From Anaeromyxobacteraceae bacterium (GTDB taxonomy: Bacteria > Myxococcota > Myxococcia > Myxococcales > Anaeromyxobacteraceae), in NCBI GenBank assembly GCA_047602405.1, contig JASGHJ010000001.1:2240001-2304000 (forward strand): a stretch of DNA of 64,000 nucleotides, given 5' to 3'. The position numbers and the translations under genes are program-made. How positions within the stretch are numbered: position 1 is the first letter of the stretch; the number at the start of each line of letters is the position of its first letter. Below the pieces are notes generated by a model, which saw nothing but the letters and a program-made list of their open reading frames with translations, made no database searches and was not told the DNA's origin. Shown here in pieces: positions 17,714-31,025 of the stretch.

Positions 17714-20700
17714 GTGTTCCAGTCCACCACGCCATCGCGGCGCACGCTGGTCGCGACCCTCGCGCTCTCGCTCCTCGCCGCCGCGTGCGGCCGCCCCGCC
17801 CCCCAGGACCGGCCGGCGCCCGTGGTCTCCCGCGGCGACGCCGCCATGCTCCCGGTCCTGGCCGCGACCGGCTTCGAGTCGGGGCTCGGCGCGTGGACCG
17901 CGGAGACGACCTCCGGCACGAGCACGTGGCACGCGGTCAGCCACCCCGAGCGGCTGCAGGTCCCCTACGACGTCTGGTGGGCGACGCTGACCGCCGACGT
18001 GGGGCAGCACCTGCCCGCGCGGACCGGCGCGGGCGTGGCGTGGTTCGGCGTCGACGCGATCGGCTCGTACATCGGCACGGGCTACTCGGTCGCCACCTAC
18101 AACGGCGGCTTCTCGGCGGCGGCGCAGTCCGGCACGCTCACCTCGCCGGCCGTCTCGCTCGCCGGCACCGCGCGCGCCGCCGTCGAGTTCGACGCGTGGT
18201 GGGAGATCGAGGGCAAGCCGAGGAACAACACCATCGACGTGATGGCGGTCGAGGTCTCCATCGACGGCGGCACCACCTTCGCCGAGGCGGCGCGGCTCAA
18301 CGGGCAGTTCGCGCCGCCCACCGCCATCCAGGCGAGCCTGAGCTCGGGCGGTCCGGGCATGCCGCCGACGTGGCGCCACTACGCGGTCGACCTCCCGACG
18401 GCGGCCGGCGCGGCCGACGTGCGCGTCCGCTTCCGGTTCGACTCGGGCGACGTCGAGCTGAACGCCTTCCGCGGCTGGGCCCTCGACAACGTCGAGATCG
18501 TGGGCGGGGCCGCGTACCCGGCGCCGGCGATCACCGGCGTCACGCCCGCCGTGAACGCCATCAACGCGCAGTTCACGATCCACGGGCAGAACTTCGTCCA
18601 GGGCGCCACGGTGAAGATGGGCGGGAACACCGTCCCCGCCGCGAACGTCCTCCACCTCGGCGCCGACACGCTCCTCCTGACGGTGCCCTACCTCTCCTCC
18701 CAGGCCTGGGCCCTCACGGTCACCAACCCGGACGGCCAGGCCGCCTTCCTGCCCCTGGGCTTCACGATCACGAGCGACCCGTGGCCCTGGGCCACCGGGA
18801 TCGCGCCGAACAACGTCGCGGCGGGCGTCGCGAACGCCGTGACCGTCACCGGCCAGGGCTTCGTCGCCGGCTCGACCGTCACCGTCGGCGTGCTCCCGGC
18901 GACGAACGTGACCGTGGTCTCGGACACCGAGCTCACCGCGACCTTCCCGGCCCTCCAGCCGGGCAACTACCGGGTGGCGGTCACCTCCCCGAGCGGCCAG
19001 ACCGCCACGAACGAGGCGCTCTACCGCGTGGCGCGGCCCAACGAGGGCTCGACGATCACCGTGACCGCGCCGGCCGGCGGCGAGACCTGGTTCGCGGGCA
19101 CGACCCACGACGTGACCTGGACGCACGCGGGCGCCGCGGCGATGACGATCGAGCTCTGGAGGGACGGCTCGTACGATCGCACGCTCGTCCAGGGCGTCGC
19201 CGCCGCCGCGGGCACCTGGTCCTGGGCGATCCCGGCCGACCTCCCGCGCAGCGCGGGTTACCGCATCCGCGTCGCCAACCAGGTCGGCGTCTCGTCCGAC
19301 CTCTCCGACGCGGTCTTCTCGGTCCCGGTCCACCACGACGTGGCCGCCTCCGCCACGGGGGACGGCGCGCTCACCTGCCCCGCCCGCGTCGCGGACGGCG
19401 CCACCCTGACCTGCACGATCGGCTCGGCCCACGTCACCCTCGTCTCCCTGACCGACAACGGTGCCGACGTCACCGGCCTCGTGTCCGGCGGCGCGTACTC
19501 CGTCGCGAACGTCACGGCGGACCACGCCCTCGTCGCCACCTTCAGCCACGACGTCGAGGCGGTGGCCCTGCACTCCGGCGGCGGCCAGTCGGCCGTCGTC
19601 GACGCTGCGTTCGCGGCGCCGGTCTGCTTCCGCCTCACCGACTTCTGGGGCGCGGGCGTCTCCGGGCGGACCGTCGCCTTCACGGTCCCCGTCACCGGCG
19701 CCCGGGCGGTGCTCTCCTCCGCGGCCGTCGCCTCCGACGTGAACGGCGACGCCTGCGTCGGCCTGACCGCGGGCACGGTGACCGGCAGCTACCTCGTCAC
19801 CGCCCAGCACGGCGCGCTGTCCGCCACCGCGGGCGCCACCAACACCGCGGGGGCCGCGGCGACGCTCGTCGCCCTCGCCGGCGGCGGCCAGGCCGCCACC
19901 GTGGACGCCGCCTTCGGGGGCGCGCTCACGGTGCTGGCGACGGACCTCCACGACAACGCCGTCCCGGGCGCGACCGTCGCCTTCGCCGCGCCGGCCACCG
20001 GCGCGAGCGCGACGCTCTCCGCCGCGTCCGTCACGACCGCGGCCGACGGCACCGCGAGCGTCACCGCCACCGCGAGGACGATCGCGGGGGCGTACACCGT
20101 CTCGGCCACCACCGCCGGGGTCGGCACGCCGGCCACCTTCGGCCTCACGAACCTGGCCGGCCCCGCGGCCTCCATGGCCGCCGTCGCCGGCGCGACGCCG
20201 CAGTCCGCCACCGTCGCCACCGGGTTCGCGAATCCGCTCGCCGTCGTCGTGACCGACACCCACGGCAACGCCGTGAAGGACGTGACCGTCACCTGGACCG
20301 CCCCGGCGGCCGGGGCGCGCGCCTCGCTCTCCGCCGCGACCGCCACGACCAACGCGGCGGGCACCGCGAGCGTCACGGCCACCGCCGGCACCGTCGCCGG
20401 CGCGTACGCCGTGGACGCGACCACCTCGGGCGGGCTCCTCGTCTCGTTCGTCCTGACGAACACGGCGGGCGCTCCGGCGTCCGTCGCGAAGGCCTCGGGC
20501 GACGGCCAGACCGCCACGGTGGGCGCGGCCTTCGCGGGGGCCCTCGAGCTCCAGGTCGGCGATCTCCACGGCAACCCGGTCCCGGGCGCCAGCGTGACCT
20601 GGTCCGCCCCGGCGGCCGGCGCGCGCGCGTCGCTCTCGGCGAGCGCCACGACGACCGCGGCGAACGGCCGGACCTCGGTCACCGCCACCGCCGGCACGGT

Positions 20701-23700
20701 CGCGGGTGGGTATCTCGTCACCGCCACGGTCGGGGCCTTCTCGACCACGTTCTCGCTCACCAACACCCCCGGCGCCGTGGCCTCGATCGCGGCCGTCGGC
20801 GGCAGCGGCCAGTCCGCCACGGTCGACACCGCGTTCGGTGCCGGCCTCTCGGCCAAGGTGGCCGACACCCACGGGAACGGCGTGCCCGGCGTCACCGTCA
20901 CCTTCGCGGCGCCGGCGTCCGGCGCGCGCGCGTCGCTCTCGGCCGCGACCGCCACCACGAACGCCTCCGGGATCGCGGCGGTGACCGTCACCGCGGGCAC
21001 CGCCGCCGGCGCCTACCAGGTGAGCGCCACGGCGTCCGGCGCGGCCTCGCCGGCCACCTTCGATCTCACGAACACCCCCGGCGCGGTCGCCGCCTTGACC
21101 ACCGCCTCCGGCTCGACGCCGCAGAGCGCGACGGTGGGCGGCACGGCCTTCGCGGGTGCGCTCGCCGTCACCGTGACGGACGGGTTCGGCAACCCGACCC
21201 CGGGCGTCACGGTCACCTTCGCCGCGCCCGCCCCTCGCGCGACCCTCTCGGCCGCCGCCGCGACCACGAACGCCACGGGCGTCGCCCAGGTCACGGCCAC
21301 GACCGGCGCCGTCGCCGGCAGCTACTTCGTGACCGCGACGGCGTCGGGCCAGACCGCCGCGTTCGCGCTCACGAACCTCGCCGGCCCTGCCGCGAACGTC
21401 GTGGCCGTCTCCGGAGCGACCCCGCAGTCGGCGACCGTCGGGACCGCCTTCGCGAACCCGCTCGGCGTGACCGTCTCCGACACCTACGGCAACCCGATCC
21501 AGGGCGTCACGGTCTCGTACGCGGCGCCGGCCACGGGCGCGAAGGCCAGCCTCTCGCCCGCCACCGCCACCACCGACGCCGCCGGCCTCGCCGCGGTGAC
21601 CGCCACGGCGGGCACCCTCGCCGGCCCCTACGTCGTCACCGCCAGCGCGGCCGGCGTGGCGACCCCGGCCTCCTTCGCGCTCACGAACCTGCCCGGCGCG
21701 CCCGCCTCCATGACGGCCGCCGGCACCGCGACGCCCCAGTCGGCGACGGTCGGGGCCGCCTTCGCGAACCCGCTCGCCGTCACCGTCCGGGATGCGTCCG
21801 GGAACGTGGTCCCCGGCGTCACGGTCGACTTCACCGCACCGGCCTCCGGCGCGCGCGCGAGCCTCTCGGCCGGCAGCGCCACGACCGACGCGACCGGCAG
21901 GGCCTCGGTCACCGCCACCGCGGGGACCGTGGCCGGCGCCTACACCGTGTCCGCCGCCCTCTCCGGCGGCCCGTCGGCGTCCTTCGCGCTGACGAACCTC
22001 GCCGACGCCGCCGCGGCCCTCGTGCTCGAGGCCGGCGACGGGCAGGCCGCCACCGTCGGCGGAAGCTTCGCGACCGCGCTGGGCGTCCGCGTGCGAGACG
22101 CGCAGGGCAACCCCGTCGCGGGCGTCCTCGTCTCCTTCTCGTCCCCGGCCTCCGGCCCGACCGCGGTCGTGTCCGCGCCCTCGGTCACCACCGGCGCCGA
22201 CGGCAAGGCGAGCGTCACCGCGACCGCCGGCACGATCGCCGGCGCGTACCAGGTCACGGCGTCCGCCCCGGGGGCCGCCGCCCCGGTCGCGTTCCAGCTC
22301 GAGAACCTCGCCGGCGCGCCCGCGGCGATCGCCGCCGTGGCGGGCTCCACGCCGCAGACCGCGCCCGCCGGCGCGATCGCGTTCGCGAATCCGCTCGCGG
22401 TGCTCGTCTCCGACGCGCACGGCAACCCGGTCCCCGGCGCGCAGGTCGACTTCGCCGCCCCGGCGGCGGGCGCGACCGCGGGCCTCTCGGCGCCGGGCGC
22501 CACGACCGACGCCGCCGGCGTGGCGGGGGTCGAGGCGACCTCCGGCGACGTGGCCGGCACGTTCAGCGTCACCGCGAGCGTCGCGGGCGGCCTCTCGGCC
22601 TCCTTCGAGCTCACGAACGCCCCCGGCCAGCCCACGACCCTCACGCTCGTCTCCGGCGACCCCCAGGCGGCCTCCGCCGGGACGGCCTTCGCCCTCCCGC
22701 TCGCCGTGCACCTCGCCGACGCCCACGGCAACGCCGTGCCGGGCGTGACCGTCGCGTTCCTCGCGCCGTCGAGCGGCGCCCGCGCGGCGCTCTCCTCGGG
22801 CGGCGTCGCGACCGACGCCGCCGGGGACGCGGCGGTCACCGCCACCGCCGGCACGATCGCCGGCGCGTACCAGGTCACGGCCGGCGCGAGCGGGGTCGCG
22901 AGCCCGGTCGTGTTCCACCTCGAGAACCTGGCCGGTGCCGCCGCGGTCGTCACCGCGGCGCCGGCCGCCGCCACGCAGGCGGCCAAGGTCGGCACCGCGT
23001 TCGCCCAGCCGCTCGCGGTGCTCGTCGCCGACGCCCACGGCAACCCCGTGTCCGGCGCCACCGTGACGTACGCGGCGCCGTCGAGCGGCGCGCGCGCGCA
23101 GCTCTCCGCCGCGTCCGCCACCTCCGGCGCGACGGGCGCCGCGTCGGTCACCGCCACGGCCGGCACGGTCGCGGGCGCGTACGTCGTGACGGCCTCCTGC
23201 GGCGCGGCCACCCCGGCCACGTTCGACCTCACCAACACGGCGGGCGCGCCGAGCACCGTCGCGGTCTCGGCGGGCGGCACCCAGTCCGCCGCGGTCGGCT
23301 CGGCCTTCGGGGCCCCGCTCGTGGCGATCGTCCGCGACGCGAGCGGCAACCCGGTCTCCGGGGTGACGGTCGCCTTCGCCGCCCCGGCCGCGGGGGCCCG
23401 CGCCACGCTCTCGGCGCCCGAGGCCGTCACCGCGGCCGACGGCAAGGCCTCGGTGACGGCGACCGCCGGCACCGTCGCCGGGCCCTACGCCGTGACGGCG
23501 ACCTTCGCCGGCGCGGCCGCGCCCGCGTCGTTCCCGCTCACGAACGTCGCGGGGGCGGCGGCCACGGCCGTCGCGGACGCCGCCTCCTCCGAGCAGGCGG
23601 CCACGGTCGGCGCCGCCTTCGCCGCGCCGCTCGCCGTGACGGTCGCCGACACGTTCGGCAACCCGGTCGCCGGTCAGGCCGTCGCGTTCGCCTGCCCGGC

Positions 23701-24298
23701 GTCCGGCGCGCGCTGCACCCTCGGCGCCGCGAGCGCCGTCACCGACGCCGCCGGCCGGGCGAGCGTCACCGCCACCGCGGGCGGGACGCCGGGCGCCTAC
23801 GCCGCCACGGCCACCGCCGGGGCGCTCACCCCGGTGAGCTTCGCGCTCGAGAACCTCCTCGGCGCGCCGTCCTCGATCGCGGTGCTCTCCGGCGCCGTCC
23901 AGCGCGCGATCTCCGGGGCCGCGTTCGCGACGCCGCTCGCGGTGCAGGTGCTCGACCCGATGGGCAACCCCATCCCGTCGGCCCGCGTCGCGTGGGTGGT
24001 CGTCCCGGGCACGTCGACGGGCGGCAGGCTCTCGACCGAGTCGTCGCTCACCGGCGCGGACGGCAAGACCGGCGTCACCGTGACCGCGACTGGCAGCGTC
24101 GGTGCGTTCCAGGTCCGCGCCTCGGTGGCAGGGGTCGCCACGCCGGGCGTCTTCACCCTCACCATCGACCCGGCGCCCGCGCCGGCGAAGAAGGGCGGGG
24201 GCGGGTGCGCCACGGGCGGAGAGGGCGGCCTCGCGCTCCTGCCGCTCGCGCTCGCCGCGCGCCGCCTGCGGCGGCGCCGCGGCGGCGCCTCAGTGTGA
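17714..24298 (+). CDS. Giant surface protein: lipobox, jelly-roll-like domain, IPT/TIG domains, ~15 Big_1/invasin-like Ig repeats, MYXO-CTERM
   Basis: LLAAAC lipobox; ~102-aa repeats with D.xGNPVPG and ATAGTVAG.Y; C-terminal KKGGGGCATGG + hydrophobic helix + RRLRRRR. Confidence 0.9.
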   Translation: MFQSTTPSRRTLVATLALSLLAAACGRPAPQDRPAPVVSRGDAAMLPVLAATGFESGLGAWTAETTSGTSTWHAVSHPERLQVPYDVWWATLTADVGQHLPARTGAGVAWFGVDAIGSYIGTGYSVATYNGGFSAAAQSGTLTSPAVSLAGTARAAVEFDAWWEIEGKPRNNTIDVMAVEVSIDGGTTFAEAARLNGQFAPPTAIQASLSSGGPGMPPTWRHYAVDLPTAAGAADVRVRFRFDSGDVELNAFRGWALDNVEIVGGAAYPAPAITGVTPAVNAINAQFTIHGQNFVQGATVKMGGNTVPAANVLHLGADTLLLTVPYLSSQAWALTVTNPDGQAAFLPLGFTITSDPWPWATGIAPNNVAAGVANAVTVTGQGFVAGSTVTVGVLPATNVTVVSDTELTATFPALQPGNYRVAVTSPSGQTATNEALYRVARPNEGSTITVTAPAGGETWFAGTTHDVTWTHAGAAAMTIELWRDGSYDRTLVQGVAAAAGTWSWAIPADLPRSAGYRIRVANQVGVSSDLSDAVFSVPVHHDVAASATGDGALTCPARVADGATLTCTIGSAHVTLVSLTDNGADVTGLVSGGAYSVANVTADHALVATFSHDVEAVALHSGGGQSAVVDAAFAAPVCFRLTDFWGAGVSGRTVAFTVPVTGARAVLSSAAVASDVNGDACVGLTAGTVTGSYLVTAQHGALSATAGATNTAGAAATLVALAGGGQAATVDAAFGGALTVLATDLHDNAVPGATVAFAAPATGASATLSAASVTTAADGTASVTATARTIAGAYTVSATTAGVGTPATFGLTNLAGPAASMAAVAGATPQSATVATGFANPLAVVVTDTHGNAVKDVTVTWTAPAAGARASLSAATATTNAAGTASVTATAGTVAGAYAVDATTSGGLLVSFVLTNTAGAPASVAKASGDGQTATVGAAFAGALELQVGDLHGNPVPGASVTWSAPAAGARASLSASATTTAANGRTSVTATAGTVAGGYLVTATVGAFSTTFSLTNTPGAVASIAAVGGSGQSATVDTAFGAGLSAKVADTHGNGVPGVTVTFAAPASGARASLSAATATTNASGIAAVTVTAGTAAGAYQVSATASGAASPATFDLTNTPGAVAALTTASGSTPQSATVGGTAFAGALAVTVTDGFGNPTPGVTVTFAAPAPRATLSAAAATTNATGVAQVTATTGAVAGSYFVTATASGQTAAFALTNLAGPAANVVAVSGATPQSATVGTAFANPLGVTVSDTYGNPIQGVTVSYAAPATGAKASLSPATATTDAAGLAAVTATAGTLAGPYVVTASAAGVATPASFALTNLPGAPASMTAAGTATPQSATVGAAFANPLAVTVRDASGNVVPGVTVDFTAPASGARASLSAGSATTDATGRASVTATAGTVAGAYTVSAALSGGPSASFALTNLADAAAALVLEAGDGQAATVGGSFATALGVRVRDAQGNPVAGVLVSFSSPASGPTAVVSAPSVTTGADGKASVTATAGTIAGAYQVTASAPGAAAPVAFQLENLAGAPAAIAAVAGSTPQTAPAGAIAFANPLAVLVSDAHGNPVPGAQVDFAAPAAGATAGLSAPGATTDAAGVAGVEATSGDVAGTFSVTASVAGGLSASFELTNAPGQPTTLTLVSGDPQAASAGTAFALPLAVHLADAHGNAVPGVTVAFLAPSSGARAALSSGGVATDAAGDAAVTATAGTIAGAYQVTAGASGVASPVVFHLENLAGAAAVVTAAPAAATQAAKVGTAFAQPLAVLVADAHGNPVSGATVTYAAPSSGARAQLSAASATSGATGAASVTATAGTVAGAYVVTASCGAATPATFDLTNTAGAPSTVAVSAGGTQSAAVGSAFGAPLVAIVRDASGNPVSGVTVAFAAPAAGARATLSAPEAVTAADGKASVTATAGTVAGPYAVTATFAGAAAPASFPLTNVAGAAATAVADAASSEQAATVGAAFAAPLAVTVADTFGNPVAGQAVAFACPASGARCTLGAASAVTDAAGRASVTATAGGTPGAYAATATAGALTPVSFALENLLGAPSSIAVLSGAVQRAISGAAFATPLAVQVLDPMGNPIPSARVAWVVVPGTSTGGRLSTESSLTGADGKTGVTVTATGSVGAFQVRASVAGVATPGVFTLTIDPAPAPAKKGGGGCATGGEGGLALLPLALAARRLRRRRGGASV

Positions 24299-24595
24299 CG
24301 TGAGGTACATCGCCGTCTGGAGCACCCCGACGAACGCCACGACGGCGGCGGCGCTGACCGCCGCCTTCGTGGTGCTCCGGAACCAGGCGAGGAGCCCCGG
24401 CAGCGCGAGCCCGAGCGGGAACACGAGCCCGAGCGGCACGTTCGTCACGTGCACGCGCACGAGGCCGAGGGCCATCGCGAGCTCGGAGGCCGCCGCCAGC
24501 GCCGCGATCCCGGGGACGACCCGGGACGGCGAGACGAGGAGCAGCACGAGGGCGGCGAGCAGGACACCCGCCGCCATGCCGATCTGCAGGGTCAT
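24290..24595 (-). CDS. Small hydrophobic membrane protein (~4 TM)
   Basis: MTLQIGMAAGVLLAALVLLLV... 101 aa, almost entirely hydrophobic. Confidence 0.65.
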   Translation of the reverse strand: MTLQIGMAAGVLLAALVLLLVSPSRVVPGIAALAAASELAMALGLVRVHVTNVPLGLVFPLGLALPGLLAWFRSTTKAAVSAAAVVAFVGVLQTAMYLTSH

Positions 24596-24663
24596 GGCGC
24601 AGCTTCTCCGTGGGCCAGGGACCCACGTACCGGGGGAGGGGGGCGGAGCCCCCCAGGATGGTC

Positions 24664-27492
<2,829 letters not shown>

Positions 27493-27594
27493 GGGGAGGC
27501 CCTCGCGAGGTGGGGGGAAAAGAGCCGAGCACCCGTGTTTACGCCGCCCCCACGGCCGGATCAACGGTGTAGACGTGGGGGCGGAGGAAGCACG

Positions 27595-29112
27595 GTGACC
27601 GTCCCCTCGAAGCTCTACCGCCCCGCCCTCGGGCTCCTGACCGACTTCTACGAGCTCACCATGGCGGCGGCCGCCCTGAGGACCGGCCTCGCCGGGAAGG
27701 AGGCCGCGTTCACGGTCTCCTTCAGGCACCACCCGTTCCACGGGGGCTTCACGGTGGCGGCCGGGCTCGAGCACGTGGCGGACCTCGTGGAGTCGTGGCG
27801 GTACGACCCGGAGGACCTCGCGTTCCTGGCGGCCCAGCGCGGGGCCGACGGGGAGCCGCTCTTCGAGCCGGCGTTCCTGCGGGCGCTCGAGACGCTCCGG
27901 ATGGACGTCGACGTGGACGGCGTCCCGGAGGGGACGGCGGTGTTCCCGGGCGAGCCGGTCCTCAGGGTGACCGGGCCGGTGCTGCCGAGCTTCCTCCTCG
28001 AGTCCGCCATCCTCGCCATCGTGAACTTCCAGACCCTCGTCGCGACGAAGGCGGCGCGCGTCGTGCTGGCCGCGCGCGGCGAGCCGGTGCTCGAGTTCGG
28101 CCTGAGGCGCGCGCAGGGGCTCGACGGCGCGCTCTCGGCGAGCCGGGCCGCGTACGTGGGCGGCTGCGCGGCCACCTCCAACACGCTCGCCGCCCGGCTC
28201 TTCGGGATTCCGGCGAAGGGGACGCACGCGCACTCGTGGGTGATGCTCCACGGCGACGAGCGCGAGGCGTTCGAGGCGTACGCGCGGGCGATGCCGGGGA
28301 ACTGCGTGTTCCTCGTGGACACGTACGCCTCGCTCGCCGGCGTCGACCACGCCATCGAGGCGGGCCGGATGCTGCGGGCGCTGGGGAAGGACCTGGTCGG
28401 CATCCGCCTCGACTCGGGCGACCTCGCGTGGCTCTCCATCGAGGCCCGGCGCAGGCTCGACGCCGCCGGGTTCGGGCAGGCGGCCATCCTCGGGTCGAAC
28501 GAGCTCGACGAGCACATCATCGAGAGCCTGAAGCTGCAGGGCGCCACGATCTCGGTGTGGGGCGTCGGCACGAAGCTCGTCACCGGCGCCGAGGACGGCG
28601 CGCTCGGCGGGGTCTACAAGCTCGGCGCGGTGCGGGACGGCCCGGACGCGCCGTGGCAGCCGCGCATCAAGCTCTCCGAGCAGACCGCGAAGGTGAACGT
28701 GCCCGGCGTGCTCGGCGTGCGGCGGTTCGCGAAGGACGGGGAGTTCGTGGCGGACGTGATCCACGAGGCGAGCCTGGGGCTGCCGCGACCGCTCGTGATG
28801 GTGGACCCGAACGACCCGACGCGGAGGCGCGAGCTCGACGTTGCCGACGGCGGGAGGGCCGCCGACGGGAAGGGCGGGCTGGTGTCGGAGGAGCTGCTCG
28901 TGCCGGTGTTCCGGCGCGGGCAGCGCGTGTGGCAGGCGCCGCCGCTCGCCGAGTCGCGGGCGCGGACCGCCGCGCAGCTCGCGCGCTTCCACGGTGGCGT
29001 GAAGCGCTTCGTGAACCCGCACCTCTACCCCGTGGGCCTCGAGCGGCACCTGCACGAGCTCCGCACGCGCCTCGTGATGGAGGCGCGCGGGGTGGCGGGG
29101 CTGCCGGGCTGA
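27595..29112 (+). CDS. pncB: Nicotinate phosphoribosyltransferase
   Basis: [51 protein letters not shown] motifs. Confidence 0.95.
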   Translation: MTVPSKLYRPALGLLTDFYELTMAAAALRTGLAGKEAAFTVSFRHHPFHGGFTVAAGLEHVADLVESWRYDPEDLAFLAAQRGADGEPLFEPAFLRALETLRMDVDVDGVPEGTAVFPGEPVLRVTGPVLPSFLLESAILAIVNFQTLVATKAARVVLAARGEPVLEFGLRRAQGLDGALSASRAAYVGGCAATSNTLAARLFGIPAKGTHAHSWVMLHGDEREAFEAYARAMPGNCVFLVDTYASLAGVDHAIEAGRMLRALGKDLVGIRLDSGDLAWLSIEARRRLDAAGFGQAAILGSNELDEHIIESLKLQGATISVWGVGTKLVTGAEDGALGGVYKLGAVRDGPDAPWQPRIKLSEQTAKVNVPGVLGVRRFAKDGEFVADVIHEASLGLPRPLVMVDPNDPTRRRELDVADGGRAADGKGGLVSEELLVPVFRRGQRVWQAPPLAESRARTAAQLARFHGGVKRFVNPHLYPVGLERHLHELRTRLVMEARGVAGLPG

Positions 29113-29523
29113 AGGGCCCGTTCCCGCAGTCCGTGATCGTGGCCCGGCCAGGTCGACGATCCCGCCGGGTGGAGCGCCGCGCCGGATCCCTCGTTCGGTG
29201 CCCCCGGGGCGGGTCGCGCCCGCCCGGCGACGCGCTCCGCCGCGAGATGCCGGGACATTCTCCACGCGTGAATCCTGAGCGCGCGTCGCAGGGTCGCAAA
29301 CGGGGGAGCACCCCCGGCGAGCTCGGGGGTCGTGGATTCACGGACAGGCAACTCGCACGCTGGGTGTCGAGTCGGATGCGCGGGTCCGCAACCGCAGCGC
29401 TTCGGATGCGCGCGTCCGCGATCACGCGCCACGTTGACGGCGTCGCGTGCGAGGCGCGTGATGCGAGGTGGAGGGGCGGCGCCGTTCCTTCGACGATCCG
29501 CCCTCCCAGCGAGGAGGAGGGCC

Positions 29524-29949
29524 ATGAGAAGGCACAACGGCTGGGTGGTCGCGGTGGTGACGGCGCTGGTGCTGGTTCCCTTCGGCGCGAGGGCGGAGCG
29601 CCCCAGGCTGACGCACGATCTGGTGGTGGACGGCAAGGCGGCGTTCGCCGCGCGCTGCGCGAGCTGCCATGGAGAGGAAGGGCGGGGAGACGGTCCGGCT
29701 GCGGCGGCCCTCCCGGTGATGCCGCGCGACCTCAGGCGCGACGGCTACACCCGCGGGCGGAAGGCGCCCGAGGTGTTCGCGACGCTCGCGACCGGGACCG
29801 AGCACGCGATGCCGAGCTTCGACGCGCTGCCGGAGCGTGAGCGGTGGGCGCTCACCTACCGCGTGCTGCTCCTCCACGCCGCCGGGCGCAGCGAGCGCAC
29901 CCACGCGGAACCGACCGCCATGCTCGGCGTCGAGGGTGCCGCGCCGTGA
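29524..29949 (+). CDS. Periplasmic monoheme cytochrome c
   Basis: AGGAGG RBS, signal peptide, CASCHG..GRGDGP and distal AMPSF. Confidence 0.85.
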   Translation: MRRHNGWVVAVVTALVLVPFGARAERPRLTHDLVVDGKAAFAARCASCHGEEGRGDGPAAAALPVMPRDLRRDGYTRGRKAPEVFATLATGTEHAMPSFDALPERERWALTYRVLLLHAAGRSERTHAEPTAMLGVEGAAP

Positions 29950-30016
29950 GCACGCCCGATCACGGTCTCGCCGGGCGCGCCCGAGTCCGGACCCGCCCGG
30001 CGACGGCACGAAGGCT

Positions 30017-30106
30017 GGTCGCTGGCAGGCAGGTCGCCGGCACGGCGGCCGCTGGCAGGGTGGCCGTTCGCAAGCAGCACGTCCGCAGGCAGGCCGTTCG
30101 AAAGGA
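30017..30106. repeat. Six degenerate 15-bp tandem units
   Basis: GGTCGCTGGCAGGCA, GGTCGCCGGCACGGC, GGCCGCTGGCAGGGT, GGCCGTTCGCAAGCA, GCACGTCCGCAGGCA, GGCCGTTCGAAAGGA. Confidence 0.75.
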
Positions 30107-30114
30107 GCGTCCCC

Positions 30115-30615
30115 GTGTCCGTGCGGTGGCTCATCGGTGTCGTGTCCTGCGTGCTCGTCTCCTCGTCCCCGGCCTCGGCGCGCGATCTCGGGCCGTGCCG
30201 GCTCCTCGAGGTCCGGAGCGAGGAGCTCCCGTCCCGCGCCTGCCTCTCGTGCCACGACGGGGGCCGCGCCGTGCGCATCTGCCCGGGGCACAAGGTCGGC
30301 GAGCCGTACCCGGAGCTCGGCGACTCGCGCAACACGCTCCGGACCCTGCGGGAGGTGCGGCGGCGCGGCGTCAACCTGCCCGGCGGCAACGTCGAGTGCG
30401 TGACCTGCCACAGCGGAAGGTCGCCGTGGGAGAGCCACCTCGCGCTGCCCGAAGGGACGCACGCCCTCCCGCGGGTCGACCCGCACGACCCGAGGACGTA
30501 CGAGGATCGGCCCAACTGGCGCCTCACGCTGCCGGACGCGGCGGCGCGCGTCCCGGGCACGCCGGTCTGCCCGGCGATGCTGTGCGTGAGCTGCCACGCG
30601 TTCGCCGATCCGTGA
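30115..30615 (+). CDS. Secreted triheme cytochrome c
   Basis: Signal peptide and three CxxCH motifs (CLSCH, CVTCH, CVSCH); AAGGAG RBS. Confidence 0.8.
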   Translation: MSVRWLIGVVSCVLVSSSPASARDLGPCRLLEVRSEELPSRACLSCHDGGRAVRICPGHKVGEPYPELGDSRNTLRTLREVRRRGVNLPGGNVECVTCHSGRSPWESHLALPEGTHALPRVDPHDPRTYEDRPNWRLTLPDAAARVPGTPVCPAMLCVSCHAFADP

Positions 30616-30665
30616 GGGGCGGGGCCGGCAGGGAAGCAGCGCGCAGGGCGAGCACCAGGGCGAGG

Positions 30666-30702
30666 TTGATCCCTGCCGGGTACCTTGGTACATCGGTAAC
30701 CA
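30666..30702 (+). promoter_or_regulatory. Candidate sigma70 promoter overlapped by three 8-bp boxes
   Basis: TTGATC-N17-TACATC; boxes GGTACCTT, GGTACATC, GGTAACCA at 30679-30702. Confidence 0.45.
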
Positions 30703-31025
30703 TGGCTACCCCGAAGAAGTCCCGCCGCTCCGCCCCGGCCGCTCCGCCCGTCCGCCCCGGGGCGGGCCCCCGCCCCGCCGTCACCGCCGACCGCGTCCAG
30801 ACCGGCGTCCGGCTCGAGAAGCGCCTCCTCAAGGTCCTGAAGGGCCTCGCCGAGCTGAAGGACCTCTCCCTCGGCGACCTCCTCGAGGGCATCGTCCTGC
30901 ACGCGCTGGAGGGGAAGGCGCCCTTCTCGCCGGCGACCATGAAGGAGATCGCCCGGCTGCGCGCCATCTACGGGCTCACGCTGAAGGCCGCCGACAGCCA
31001 CCGGCTCGAGGAGCGTGGCCGGTGA
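30702..31025 (+). CDS. Ribbon-helix-helix-like small DNA-binding protein
   Basis: RVQTGVRLEKRLLKVLKGLAELKDLSLGDLLEGIV fits a beta-alpha-alpha pattern. Confidence 0.65.
   Translation: MATPKKSRRSAPAAPPVRPGAGPRPAVTADRVQTGVRLEKRLLKVLKGLAELKDLSLGDLLEGIVLHALEGKAPFSPATMKEIARLRAIYGLTLKAADSHRLEERGR

Noticed and set aside
17573..23038. Very long antisense and alternate-frame ORFs (e.g. 1821 aa minus, 2219 aa plus, 36195-40331)
   Set aside because: Arg/Gly/Pro-rich shadows of real genes caused by stop-codon scarcity at very high GC
29285..29335. c-di-GMP-I / cGAMP (GEMM) riboswitch before the cytochrome genes
   Set aside because: GCAAAC plus a stem is present, but the GNRA loop and the GGGACG(C/G)AAAGC junction are missing
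30017..30106. CRISPR array
   Set aside because: Units are contiguous 15-mers with no spacers, and no cas genes are present
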